64,000 nucleotides of DNA from the IMG/VR virus record IMGVR_UViG_3300038415_000320; one strand, 5' to 3'. Position numbers and translations under genes: made by a program. Of the stretch, positions 36,563 through 45,692 are shown piece by piece. The first letter of the stretch is position 1, and each line of letters opens with the position of its first letter. Below the pieces are notes generated by a model, which did no database searches, was not told the origin of the DNA, and saw only the letters and a list, made by a program, of their open reading frames with translations. The stretch is from an uncultured virus (IMG/VR IMGVR_UViG_3300038415_000320) (lineage: Duplodnaviria > Heunggongvirae > Uroviricota > Caudoviricetes).

Positions 36563-38491
36563 CTACGCCGCTCGATTGGTCCTTCGAGATCGCAGCCAAG
36601 CTCCCAACAGATTCATGCTCGCGTTGTAGTCCTGATCCCAAGTCTTGCCACACTTCTCTTGGCAGGTATGCACGATGGCCGGAGCTGCATCCCACTTGGA
36701 GTGCTTATCCTTTTCTTGATGACATGCATGACAGTCTTGCGTGGTATACGCAGCAGGGAGCTTCCACAACGTCGAACGCCACGCCGAGCAAGCTGAGGCA
36801 ATAGCTTGCCGAAACTCACTGATTGCCGACATAACCCGATTGTGTCGTTGAGTCTGGGGGTTATCGTCGTCCTCTTCGGGCTGAGCATTCTCCACGATCT
36901 TAGCCAGCTTGAAATCTTCCAGCAACACGTTGTGAGCACTTCGAGCTAAGTCCAAGCCAACATGACGAAAGAAGTTCTTGCGTTCGCCCATCGCCTTAGC
37001 TCGCTCGTTTGTTTCCCACTCATAGAGGTGAAGGAATTGTCGGCGCCATGCAGTCATCTCCTCGTAGATGAGCGTATCGCCCGCAAACCTTCGCCGACCC
37101 CATTCTCTCACGTTCCAGGCGAGGTTCTTGGAGGAGCGCGACTGAGCTAAAAACTGGAAGGTATCTTGGAACCAGGCCGGAAGAATGGGCTTGTTGAGAC
37201 CAATCCATTCCATGAGCCGATCTTGAATGGCATTGAATGCATCATCTTCCTTGCCTCGCAACGAGTCCGCGTGTTTGAGCTTCTCGACGATAGACGTCGG
37301 CAGTAAGATCTCCTTGCGATTGCCCGCAGTATCGACCAGATACGCGATTCGGAGCACATTCTTCTCACGCACTCTCCATCCCACATCGACGGCAATGGCT
37401 TCCATTCGATCGGCGACAGCTATCTTCTGTTCGAAGGAGGGAGCCTCGATGATCAACTGCAGATGATAGATCTCATGGGTGCCCAGCATCTTCTTTCGGA
37501 TCCAAGCCCACTTGATAATGCCATCAGCCGGGAGCTGCCGGTGCATCGTCACTTTGCACTCCATCCAGATCGGAGCATTTTTGGGAGTGCTGCCGATACG
37601 CATCTTCATGGTGGTTCGAGCAGCTCGACGACGATCGCCACGCCTTGTGGATGCGGCCTGATAGGCAATTTCGGGAGGTACCACAATCTGAAGCCTCGTA
37701 TCGTCAGCCAAGCCACTGATCGGCAAGCCACGGTTCTCTGGCGTTTTCTGAGCGTAACGGTCTTGTTTCATCTTTAGAAGACGCTCGGCAAACGATTCCA
37801 CAACCTTCGATTTCTTGCCCAGTTCTTTTGTCATCGCACGCAGTCGTTTTTGTTCGCTGGCAATGTGCTTGCCCGATGCTACCATCTCCTCGCTCAGGTT
37901 TTTGCCTTGCAGCTGCAAGCCAATCCGACCACTGTTGTCCCATGGATGAATCTTTGGATCTCGCTCCGCGTTTTTGGCGGCTTGCAATTCTTGGACAACC
38001 AGGGCTCGTGTACCCCAGGTCAGCCCTCGCGCTGCATAATCATCAAGAATTGCCTTTGTAGCAGCCTTTGCCACCTCGTCGGCTTCCTTGCCCACCGCCA
38101 CCAAACCTAGATCGCCACTCACCTTCTTCGCGGCGATCTTTAGGAACACATCCTGTTTCTTCAGCTCAGCATTCAATGCCGCGACTCGGGCGTTTTGCTC
38201 GGGCGTCTCTACGCGGGTGCGACTCTTCTGCCGAATGAGTTTGATTTCCTCCCGCACAGCATCGCGCTGTTTTTTCAGTTCGAGGTATGGCTGCTCGACA
38301 ACTGCATACTCGGGCAATGTCGACCTGTAGGCTCTGAAGGTGTAACGACGCTCCAGCTCAACCGCCACCAAATCGTTATGACAAGAATACCGCATCCGAT
38401 ATTGGAGGTCGACATCCTCCATCGGAGATGTAATCTCCGTTATTCGGAAAGACCAAATGCGGGTTGGATCTTCAGTTGATTTTCTGACCAT
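36563..38491 (-). CDS. cas12m: Type V CRISPR effector, Cas12m (V-U1/C2c4)-like, 642 aa
   Basis: RuvC-I AVD369VGWR, RuvC-II LLE525DF, Zn ribbon C587/C590/C610/C614, RuvC-III DQD621YNA; L.WGT, WD.SG.I..QLQ, MRIGS, MHR.LP.D motifs; adjacent array. Confidence 0.85.
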   Translation of the reverse strand: MVRKSTEDPTRIWSFRITEITSPMEDVDLQYRMRYSCHNDLVAVELERRYTFRAYRSTLPEYAVVEQPYLELKKQRDAVREEIKLIRQKSRTRVETPEQNARVAALNAELKKQDVFLKIAAKKVSGDLGLVAVGKEADEVAKAATKAILDDYAARGLTWGTRALVVQELQAAKNAERDPKIHPWDNSGRIGLQLQGKNLSEEMVASGKHIASEQKRLRAMTKELGKKSKVVESFAERLLKMKQDRYAQKTPENRGLPISGLADDTRLQIVVPPEIAYQAASTRRGDRRRAARTTMKMRIGSTPKNAPIWMECKVTMHRQLPADGIIKWAWIRKKMLGTHEIYHLQLIIEAPSFEQKIAVADRMEAIAVDVGWRVREKNVLRIAYLVDTAGNRKEILLPTSIVEKLKHADSLRGKEDDAFNAIQDRLMEWIGLNKPILPAWFQDTFQFLAQSRSSKNLAWNVREWGRRRFAGDTLIYEEMTAWRRQFLHLYEWETNERAKAMGERKNFFRHVGLDLARSAHNVLLEDFKLAKIVENAQPEEDDDNPQTQRHNRVMSAISEFRQAIASACSAWRSTLWKLPAAYTTQDCHACHQEKDKHSKWDAAPAIVHTCQEKCGKTWDQDYNASMNLLGAWLRSRRTNRAA

Positions 38492-38556
38492 AGAAACTCC
38501 TTTTCAGTTAATACACTTGCAACTTGGCGAAGTAACGCTTCTTCACCTGGGCGAGG

Positions 38557-38958
38557 TCACATGTGCAGGTCTGCTAGTCTTGACCATTCGGAATGGAAGA
38601 ATCTCAGTAATTTGGCAGCTCGTCCGTAGTGACTAACCACTGGAGCCCCTATCGCGTGTTCGTTGACTACCTCATAGTCTGCTTCTTGCGCATCCAGCCA
38701 TTGTAGCAACTCTTTGAGGCCAGGCGACTGCTCACGGGTCATTGGCTCCTCAGATGAACTGTTTGTGGAAGTACCACCAGCAATTTTTAGACCCGCTCCC
38801 ATGGCCAATCTATTAAGAGAAGCCGCAATTGTAGCTTGGTGCTGAGGAATCATCTCAGGTGCCGCTCGGAGTATGGCGTCGTAGGTAGCTCGAATAATTG
38901 CAAACTCTTGTTGTAACGACAAGTAGTCGAATTTTCGATCGCCAGCTGGTAGTGTCAT
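38557..38958 (-). CDS. Hypothetical protein (paralog of 30775..31254)
   Basis: Shared motifs; GGAGG RBS. Confidence 0.75.
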   Translation of the reverse strand: MTLPAGDRKFDYLSLQQEFAIIRATYDAILRAAPEMIPQHQATIAASLNRLAMGAGLKIAGGTSTNSSSEEPMTREQSPGLKELLQWLDAQEADYEVVNEHAIGAPVVSHYGRAAKLLRFFHSEWSRLADLHM

Positions 38959-38987
38959 AGTTTTTCTCCTCCAGTAAATAGACGCGT

Positions 38988-39200
38988 CTAGGAAAGCTTA
39001 TCCAATGATAATGACCTGAGAAGTTCTTGAATGGCCGCCACCAAGGAAGATTCCTTCGAGCTTCCCACAAATACGCCCAGGTGATGAGCCACAACAAAGA
39101 ACTCGCCATTTGTATTCGAGCGAATTGTGAATTCAAGCCCTGGGGAGGTCAATAAGGCTTGCTCAAGAGCTTTTACTACAATAACACTCGGGGCCATCAT
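38988..39200 (-). CDS. Hypothetical protein
   Basis: Coupled small ORF. Confidence 0.45.
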   Translation of the reverse strand: MMAPSVIVVKALEQALLTSPGLEFTIRSNTNGEFFVVAHHLGVFVGSSKESSLVAAIQELLRSLSLDKLS

Positions 39201-39382
39201 TTTGATTTATCCTCAACTGAGGGTTCAAGGTTGTTCGGTATGGGAGGTTCTGAAAGAGCAATGGAATCGGCGTCCTCGTAAATAATTCGGCAGCCTCGAC
39301 GTAGTTCTTTTCGTATAAACTCTCGACGCTGCTTCTCAAACTCGGCGAACTGATCAGCCAGGCGTTCAATCATGGTTGACAT
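39197..39382 (-). CDS. Hypothetical protein
   Basis: Coupled small ORF. Confidence 0.45.
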   Translation of the reverse strand: MSTMIERLADQFAEFEKQRREFIRKELRRGCRIIYEDADSIALSEPPIPNNLEPSVEDKSK

Positions 39383-39795
39383 GTTGATGCCTTGGCGATC
39401 TCATCTTTTACCATTTCGCCAAACAGAATAAACTGATTTGGATCGCAATGGTGAAGTCGCACTGGATTCGAATTGTCCGTAAGCGGAAAGTCACCATCGT
39501 GCCAGACTAGGCATTCAAAACAGCCGCTCTCTCGACCGCCCTCAGTAAGATCTATGCCCACCCAGCACTTGACGGTATATCCCCCTATTTGAGGGTACCA
39601 GCTTGCGATCCATCGCCGGCCATCGACTACTACAGCCGCCCGAACACGAATTTGTTCATCGGTAGGAGCCTGCAACGGTTCAGATGGTCCATTGGTGGAG
39701 CCGTCACACACCAGAACACCCACGAACTCATCGTCACAATCGATTGTCCGCCGATCTAACTCATCGTCATAGGTTCGCGTGGATGAAAACGACAT
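39370..39795 (-). CDS. Hypothetical phage protein
   Basis: ORF in the array; WYPQ.GGY..K, CF...VWHDG.FP. Confidence 0.55.
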   Translation of the reverse strand: MSFSSTRTYDDELDRRTIDCDDEFVGVLVCDGSTNGPSEPLQAPTDEQIRVRAAVVVDGRRWIASWYPQIGGYTVKCWVGIDLTEGGRESGCFECLVWHDGDFPLTDNSNPVRLHHCDPNQFILFGEMVKDEIAKASTCQP

Positions 39796-39800
39796 TAGAG

Positions 39801-40205
39801 CTATGCTCCTCTCATTATATTAGCTAGTTCGCGGTCGGCAATGCAAGGTTCTCCATAAGCATCGGCAGTCGGGTCTAACCGCTTCACCATGTCTGCTTTA
39901 ACTAGAGCCGCATAAGCCCTACCGATGATCTGAAGGCTGTTTCGGTATGCCTGTGAGTAATTGCCAGATCCGCGGCAGACAAACTCGTGGCAAGAAAAAT
40001 ATAAATCGCCCACGAATATTCCCTGATCGCTGTAATTTTCACAATTCATCACCGCACACCTCCGGCGACCCTTGAGTTCCAGTGTCGGACAATGATGAAC
40101 CAGTTTCATACAGTCCATACAAAAACCATTCATGGTCTTGGCCGACAACCGCATCTTCTTGTTACAGTTGGGGCAGTGCTTGTGAGATTGACAACTGCAC
40201 TTCAT
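39801..40205 (-). CDS. Cys-rich hypothetical protein
   Basis: Multiple CxxC. Confidence 0.5.
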   Translation of the reverse strand: MKCSCQSHKHCPNCNKKMRLSAKTMNGFCMDCMKLVHHCPTLELKGRRRCAVMNCENYSDQGIFVGDLYFSCHEFVCRGSGNYSQAYRNSLQIIGRAYAALVKADMVKRLDPTADAYGEPCIADRELANIMRGA

Positions 40206-40516
40206 GACTCTCCACTCCTGTAGGGACTAAAAGGAAGATTCCACAAATGATTTACTAGCTCAGGGAGCAATGAATTGTCAGACAAGTATGTCTTGACCGG
40301 CACAGGTCGGGTTGAGCCTACGAACCGAGCCATTCGAGCAACACAGATCAGCACGTGCACATGGAACCACGCGGCTGGTGTGCCTTTTGCGATGACTGCC
40401 CTCTGCCACGGCTGAAGAACATTGGTGAACCACTCCTCAAAACTGGCAGGTGCTATCACAAAGATGATCTCGCGATTTTCTCCGAAGGGTTCACAATTGT
40501 CGATTGCGTAAATCAT
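40202..40516 (-). CDS. Hypothetical protein
   Basis: ATGA-coupled start MIYAIDN. Confidence 0.45.
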   Translation of the reverse strand: MIYAIDNCEPFGENREIIFVIAPASFEEWFTNVLQPWQRAVIAKGTPAAWFHVHVLICVARMARFVGSTRPVPVKTYLSDNSLLPELVNHLWNLPFSPYRSGES

Positions 40517-40839
40517 CTTGCTCCAATCCAAAATGCAACTGCCAGCAGAATAATTGCCGCCAGTATCCGCCACTTGAACCATCTACATAGATCTGACAAG
40601 TCGGCATCAGCTACCTTTTTGACTTCTGAATCACAAGCTGGTGGGCGATCTACGATGCTTTGCGACCCGGATACCGCCAATCTCCAGATTCCAAAGAAAA
40701 CGATCACCGCGTAGGGACCATAACTCTCACACCCAAACGCGACATGAATTATCAACGCCAGCACTGCGACCTGCACCACAAAGGTTGGATCTACCGATAC
40801 CTGGTCATCTGTGATATCGGATGGTTTTTGATCGTTCAT
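40513..40839 (-). CDS. Small membrane protein (paralog of 31336..31659)
   Basis: Shared TM segments. Confidence 0.75.
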   Translation of the reverse strand: MNDQKPSDITDDQVSVDPTFVVQVAVLALIIHVAFGCESYGPYAVIVFFGIWRLAVSGSQSIVDRPPACDSEVKKVADADLSDLCRWFKWRILAAIILLAVAFWIGAR

Positions 40840-40903
40840 GTCTCGTCCTCGCCGGTAACTTGAATGATTCTGCTCGCCCCAAAACAAAGAGTCAAGTATC
40901 TTT

Positions 40904-41194
40904 TTAAGATGGCCCAGAGTAGCCGAATCCCAGGCTTAACAGGTCTTTTATGTACACCGGACCGCCTCCTCGAACCAGCTCGTACAGGTCTATTGCGTCA
41001 TCCTGCTCTGACGCTACAAAATCCCGCTCCATTCCCAAGTTGCAATCGGCCTCCATCACGACTTGGAAGCCGAGCTGATCGGCAAACTTGTAAAGCGTCA
41101 GCCAAGCGTACCCCTCTTGTCCAAGGGCTATCCGCGAAGTCCGCAAGGTTTGCTTGTCACTAGCCGGCCGAACTGTGAGTGTCACCTTTGACAT
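40904..41194 (-). CDS. Hypothetical protein, probably from a leaderless or very short-leader mRNA
   Basis: ATG 7 nt after the TAGAAT -10 box; paralog remnant at 31733. Confidence 0.65.
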   Translation of the reverse strand: MSKVTLTVRPASDKQTLRTSRIALGQEGYAWLTLYKFADQLGFQVVMEADCNLGMERDFVASEQDDAIDLYELVRGGGPVYIKDLLSLGFGYSGPS

Positions 41195-41589
41195 ATTTAT
41201 AATTCTAATCGCCAAGAACAAAGAGTCAAGCACGCAATTTTAAAAGATGAAAATCAGATCTCGACGTCGTCGTTCGTTGCGATCCATTTTTTTGAGCCCT
41301 TCTCCAGGCCAGCCCCTCCTCAGGGCTGACTAGGGATAGGGCACCGTGGATTCAATCTCCAGGCCAGATAGTCGCCAACAACCATAGTTTTTACTCGCGA
41401 ACTAGGCATGGCGAGACAATCGGGACAGGGCATGGGCCGCCGCATTTGCGAAACTCCGCAGGGTGATGATAGTAGAAGTTGAAGGCTGAAATGATCACCC
41501 ACGCAGCGACGATGCACCAAGCGGAAACCAAAACTTCCAGTGTGGATAGCTGAGACCAAATATTTTTGAATCGAACAAGCATAAAAACC

Positions 41590-41997
41590 ATTGTGACATC
41601 CCAAGAACAAGGAATCAAGTGGAGAAAAAATCAATGCCGACAAGGTTGAAAAGACGCTCTCGGGCATTCGTCCGTTATGACGTCAATCCCACCGAATAGT
41701 TGCTTTGTTGGGAGTTATTGCAACGCACGTGCCAGTGCGTAATTTTGAGTCTGTTGTTTTGTAGCTAACGCGCGCTCCAAGGGACACAGCGATCGGGACA
41801 CCACCAGCGGCCTGGTATCGCGCTACATGCAGCACACGTTCGCCTCTGGGTGTCGCCCAGTAGGCCAGTCCGACCACCATTTCGTTTTTCTCTCTTTTGT
41901 TTGCCATGGCTGAGCTCTAGCCGATATTGTGACATCCTAAGAACGAGGAGTCAAGTAGAAAAATTCAATGCCGACAAGACTGGAACGCCGCTCTTGG
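41590..41997. repeat. ~72-bp imperfect direct repeats (41590-41664, 41926-41997) carrying a promoter and flanking a 74-aa gene
   Basis: ATTGTGACATCC.AAGAAC..G..TCAAGT.GA.AAA..TCAATGCCGACAAG...CGCTCT. Confidence 0.7.
41683..41907 (-). CDS. Small hypothetical protein
   Basis: 74-aa ORF behind the repeated promoter. Confidence 0.5.
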   Translation of the reverse strand: MANKREKNEMVVGLAYWATPRGERVLHVARYQAAGGVPIAVSLGARVSYKTTDSKLRTGTCVAITPNKATIRWD

Positions 41998-42158
41998 CCA
42001 AGAAATCAACTACTCGCGAACATGTCACCTCGTGTACTTTAAAGCCGTCAAGGCCGCCAGCAGAGCCGGCATAGCGGCTCGATCTTTTTCTCTATTGGCC
42101 GCCTGCTTGCTTGTAATCAATCGCTCCAGAGTCAAGTTGTTTTTTCGGGGACCTCTCC

Positions 42159-42254
42159 AAAAACAAAAGCCCTCCTTTTGGGAGGGCTCTTGCTTCTCTG
42201 GATTCCAGCCTTACCAGAGGTGGCGTTTTCTATGTTCTTCGTCGAGGAAGAATT
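42159..42254 (-). ncRNA. Candidate ~95-nt small RNA, copy 2
   Basis: Promoter TTGTCA-N17-TAGTTT (42261-42289), same hairpins and terminator as copy 1. Confidence 0.6.
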
Positions 42255-42294
42255 AACTTGAAACTACACCACACGATCGACGGTGACAAGCCCC

Positions 42295-42930
42295 CTAGGC
42301 CCAGAATCTTGTCTCTGGTACACCAGGCACCCAGATCATCCGTCGCCCCTCGCTGATACGTCTCTTTGCAATATCGTCCGCACTGAATCGGTACTCAGGA
42401 TATGCCTCGGGGTCTTGCAGATAAAGCCGATGATTGTGGTCTTGCACTCGCGGAGCATCCCATTGCTTCGCTCCTCCCGTGATGTCCTCCACTCGCCCCG
42501 CTTGGATCGCCTCTGCTAGCTGCAAGGTCTTCGCCGTTGGGGGATGGCTGGTAGCAGCATACCGACCGGCCTGGGAACCGAATCGGCCCTTACCGTCCCA
42601 CCTCTTGGAGTGCAAAAGCAAACTCGGAATCTTGTAACGATTCTTCTTGACAGCATTCCAAATAGCTAATCCAACCGCTAAACGGCCCCGGTTCGTCTTC
42701 TCCTCCGACTGCATACACGAGGCCATGGCGTAGATTTCAAGCGGATACCCCGAAGCCCGAGCCAAACCGACCGGGCTCGCCTCGACCACCCCGCGATCAT
42801 TCACCATGTGCAATCGCGTTTCGATCGTAGGCTCGAACAGCTTTCGAGAGCCACTAAAGAGCGAGGCGAGACCTACAGCAGCGGCCGAGCCGAGCCCAAT
42901 CAGCCACCATTTTTTGCTGTGCTCTTCCAT
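42295..42930 (-). CDS. Membrane-anchored cell-wall hydrolase-like protein, copy 2
   Basis: Close paralog of 32737..33372. Confidence 0.55.
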   Translation of the reverse strand: MEEHSKKWWLIGLGSAAAVGLASLFSGSRKLFEPTIETRLHMVNDRGVVEASPVGLARASGYPLEIYAMASCMQSEEKTNRGRLAVGLAIWNAVKKNRYKIPSLLLHSKRWDGKGRFGSQAGRYAATSHPPTAKTLQLAEAIQAGRVEDITGGAKQWDAPRVQDHNHRLYLQDPEAYPEYRFSADDIAKRRISEGRRMIWVPGVPETRFWA

Positions 42931-42938
42931 GACTAGCC

Positions 42939-43769
42939 TCAAGAAATAGCTCTCCAAATACCTGCTGCTCGACCGGCTTGTTTGAGAGCTGCGACCGTTT
43001 GCGGACCTGGAATGCCATCAGGTACTGCAATCCCAACCAGAGACTGCCGCTGCTTCCAAGTCGCAATGTCTTCGTAGTAAGCAAAATCCAGTCGCTCGGC
43101 GCCTGCTGTCTCCAAGGCTGCCATGATGGCATCCCCTGGATCCCCTTCCCCGCGGCTGGCCGTTAGATCTCGATGCCCCACGATACCCACAACATCAGAC
43201 AGCGGAGTGCCCGTCTGTTGCGATGCCACAAACCGAGCTATCGGATGCCCGGTGTAAACGGTCGGTATCTGTCTTTGAATCGCTGTCGGCATGATCGCAC
43301 ATAGCTCCAAAACAAACTTCGCCGCCACAGCTAACTGACTTTCATATAGCTCGGCCTTTCCATGTCCCTGCACCACTTCGATGCCTACCGAAGGTCCATT
43401 GGCCGATTGCGCATGGTATGCCGCCTGTGTAATCAGGTCGGCACAGCAGTAGATACGACCGTCGAAATCTACGATGATATGAGCCCCACCAGGCCGGGTC
43501 GTATCTGCTGTCCACGAACCTACAATTCGCTCACCAGCCTTCGAGGAAGGACCAAATCCAGGCAAGATAGTCTGAGGCCGCAGGTCAGATCCTCCAGGGA
43601 TTCCACCGGTTGTGTGCATCACGATCAGTTGGATCGCATGCCGCTCACGAGCATTGCGCCATCGAACATCGCCATGCGCCAGCTCCAGCGAGGAATTGTC
43701 AAGATAATTCTCGATGTCGAATCCCGGCATCGATACAGCTTTGCCTTCGAGAATGAGTCCTGTGCCCAT
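42939..43769 (-). CDS. N-acetylmuramoyl-L-alanine amidase (endolysin), copy 2
   Basis: Close paralog of 33385..34215. Confidence 0.85.
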   Translation of the reverse strand: MGTGLILEGKAVSMPGFDIENYLDNSSLELAHGDVRWRNARERHAIQLIVMHTTGGIPGGSDLRPQTILPGFGPSSKAGERIVGSWTADTTRPGGAHIIVDFDGRIYCCADLITQAAYHAQSANGPSVGIEVVQGHGKAELYESQLAVAAKFVLELCAIMPTAIQRQIPTVYTGHPIARFVASQQTGTPLSDVVGIVGHRDLTASRGEGDPGDAIMAALETAGAERLDFAYYEDIATWKQRQSLVGIAVPDGIPGPQTVAALKQAGRAAGIWRAIS

Positions 43770-43839
43770 GACCGCTATGATACGCGCAAGTTGGCAATAT
43801 TGCACCTTTCAGCGGGGGCACCTGGGGAGAGACAGCTGC

Positions 43840-44001
43840 TCACACCCGAAGGATCCAACAGATCAGACGTTCCCACCATGGGAAGTGATCAGCCAAGTCC
43901 ACGTTGCCGTACAAGCGCTCATGATACCGATCGCCTTTTTGACTCGCTCGCTCCCAATACATGAGTCGACGCTTTCGTCGTCGATACTTTTTAGGCTGCA
44001 T
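43840..44001 (-). CDS. 53-aa basic protein (below the ORF-track cutoff)
   Basis: MQPKKYRRRKRR...FPWWERLICWILRV; frame conserved in the second copy. Confidence 0.6.
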   Translation of the reverse strand: MQPKKYRRRKRRLMYWERASQKGDRYHERLYGNVDLADHFPWWERLICWILRV

Positions 44002-44665
44002 GGAAACCTCGTTTCATCTGCTCCGGTAAAACCTTTGGCAGCTGCTTACTTTTACCAATCACACTCGCTTGAAACACTCTCGATCTCCACGTTTTGTTCT
44101 CGATCTTCAGGACAATTAGCTCGCCCGGCTTGGCAACATCAAAATGCAGGTTTAACTTCTCATTCTCGGTAAACAGTTGAGCTGGCATTCGCATGGGGGC
44201 GCAAGTGAACTGAGATTGACCTCCTATGACAATATCGTGTACCTGAAAGTAAATGCCTAAAACGACTGGAATCACAAACCTAGTTGGCTCGAACTCATTC
44301 GACATGAGTACCGACACGTCAACCACAGAGCGACGTTCAATGGTTGTCGATCCAAAACCGAATATAAAGTCTCTCTTGGTCTCCTTGTCTGCGACTAGAG
44401 AAGGACGATCATTTAGATCGCGAAATACAGCCTGATCTAGCTTTAGTCGCTCATAGGCATCGCATATGGACTGAAATCGCTGAGTGGCATCGGGCCGCTT
44501 ACTATGATCGGGATGTTCGAGCATAGCCAGTTCTCTATAAGCGCACCGGAGCTGACTAAATAACACTGGACCTTCCAGTCCAAGCGTATTCAAATCTCGT
44601 TGGGATTGCCGACTAATCAGACTCGATGGTGCTGAGGAGCTTTCTGAGCTAGAAAAACGACGCAT
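43991..44665 (-). CDS. J-domain (DnaJ-like) protein fused to the capsid-like beta-sandwich domain
   Basis: LGL...AYR.LA..EHPD...F..I..AYE.L, then FEPTRFVIP...FQVHDIVIGGQSQ...P..LFTEN...DVAKPG..I...IEN. Confidence 0.75.
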   Translation of the reverse strand: MRRFSSSESSSAPSSLISRQSQRDLNTLGLEGPVLFSQLRCAYRELAMLEHPDHSKRPDATQRFQSICDAYERLKLDQAVFRDLNDRPSLVADKETKRDFIFGFGSTTIERRSVVDVSVLMSNEFEPTRFVIPVVLGIYFQVHDIVIGGQSQFTCAPMRMPAQLFTENEKLNLHFDVAKPGELIVLKIENKTWRSRVFQASVIGKSKQLPKVLPEQMKRGFHAA

Positions 44666-44669
44666 GATT

Positions 44670-45692
44670 CTACTCCATCTGATGAATCGCAAAGACAACT
44701 TGCTCTCGCTTCGGAGCTTTAACAACTAGAGCGTTTTGCTGGGCAACATCCATCTTCTCCAGCTGATCGGTCGTTATGGTCTCTGGATCTACAACAAACT
44801 TAGAGCCCACCCTCACACCTTCGAGACAATAGAGCCTAGTATCATCTCTCCACCTGCAGGCCGGACCATCATCCGCATGAAACCGCCCCCTCTCGTCAAG
44901 CTTCATCAATTCGGGTCTCTCACTCGCAATGCAGAATTTAGGATGGGCGATCCAAGGTCCTGCCAACAACGACATTCTGGTATCCAATGACACTGAAGAC
45001 TGCACACAAAGGCCGGAATGTTCAAGATATTCTGTCACAGCCGGTATTCCCACCTGCAAATTGCCTCCACTCATCGAATCGAATGTGCTCCCCATTAAAT
45101 CCACAACTCCCTTTAGCCCCAGATTACTAATTGAAGATGACAGTCGATAAGTGGAAATGTCTTCTTCCGAACATATTCGAACTATCTTCTCTATTGAATC
45201 GCTCACTTTTTTGTTAGATATGAGAGATGCTAGACTGTCCACCATGACATCATCACTCTCAAAACAAGCACTTAACAATTCGATAGCCACATCTCTTGTA
45301 GAGTCGATAGCGAGTCTCAAGTAACAATCGGCAACGAACATTTCATCATAAATTATCGAGCAGGTATTGTTGATCTGGCCATTTCTAATTCGCATCCTGA
45401 TCTGTACTATCGACTCAGCATCCGATGGTCGCTTAGGTGCCAGACACAACGTTGACTTGTAAGACCAATAAGCCGTTAAAAGACCAGCAGCCACCATAGT
45501 CACCAATGGGGAGGGTGCAAACACCACATGTGATTCCAAAAAGTTTGACCATTCTCTTAAATCGCTTATCTGACGCGCCACCTTTCGAACCTCGTCCCGT
45601 TCAATCAGTCCCAAGGGCGATGCCGATCTTGCGTTTGCTTTCCACTTATTCAACAAGTCCGAAACCATCTTGGTATTATTCGTATCGTTCAT
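44670..45692 (-). CDS. Hypothetical protein with a C-terminal DUF6745-like domain
   Basis: ERP....D..GR.H..DGPA..W.D...Y...GV.V. Confidence 0.6.
   Translation of the reverse strand: MNDTNNTKMVSDLLNKWKANARSASPLGLIERDEVRKVARQISDLREWSNFLESHVVFAPSPLVTMVAAGLLTAYWSYKSTLCLAPKRPSDAESIVQIRMRIRNGQINNTCSIIYDEMFVADCYLRLAIDSTRDVAIELLSACFESDDVMVDSLASLISNKKVSDSIEKIVRICSEEDISTYRLSSSISNLGLKGVVDLMGSTFDSMSGGNLQVGIPAVTEYLEHSGLCVQSSVSLDTRMSLLAGPWIAHPKFCIASERPELMKLDERGRFHADDGPACRWRDDTRLYCLEGVRVGSKFVVDPETITTDQLEKMDVAQQNALVVKAPKREQVVFAIHQME

Noticed and set aside
41213..41223. CAAGAACAAAG identical to CRISPR repeat nt 5-15 (possible orphan repeat or anti-repeat)
   Set aside because: Only 11 nt, explained as the spacer of the repeated promoter motif; no hairpin half of the repeat
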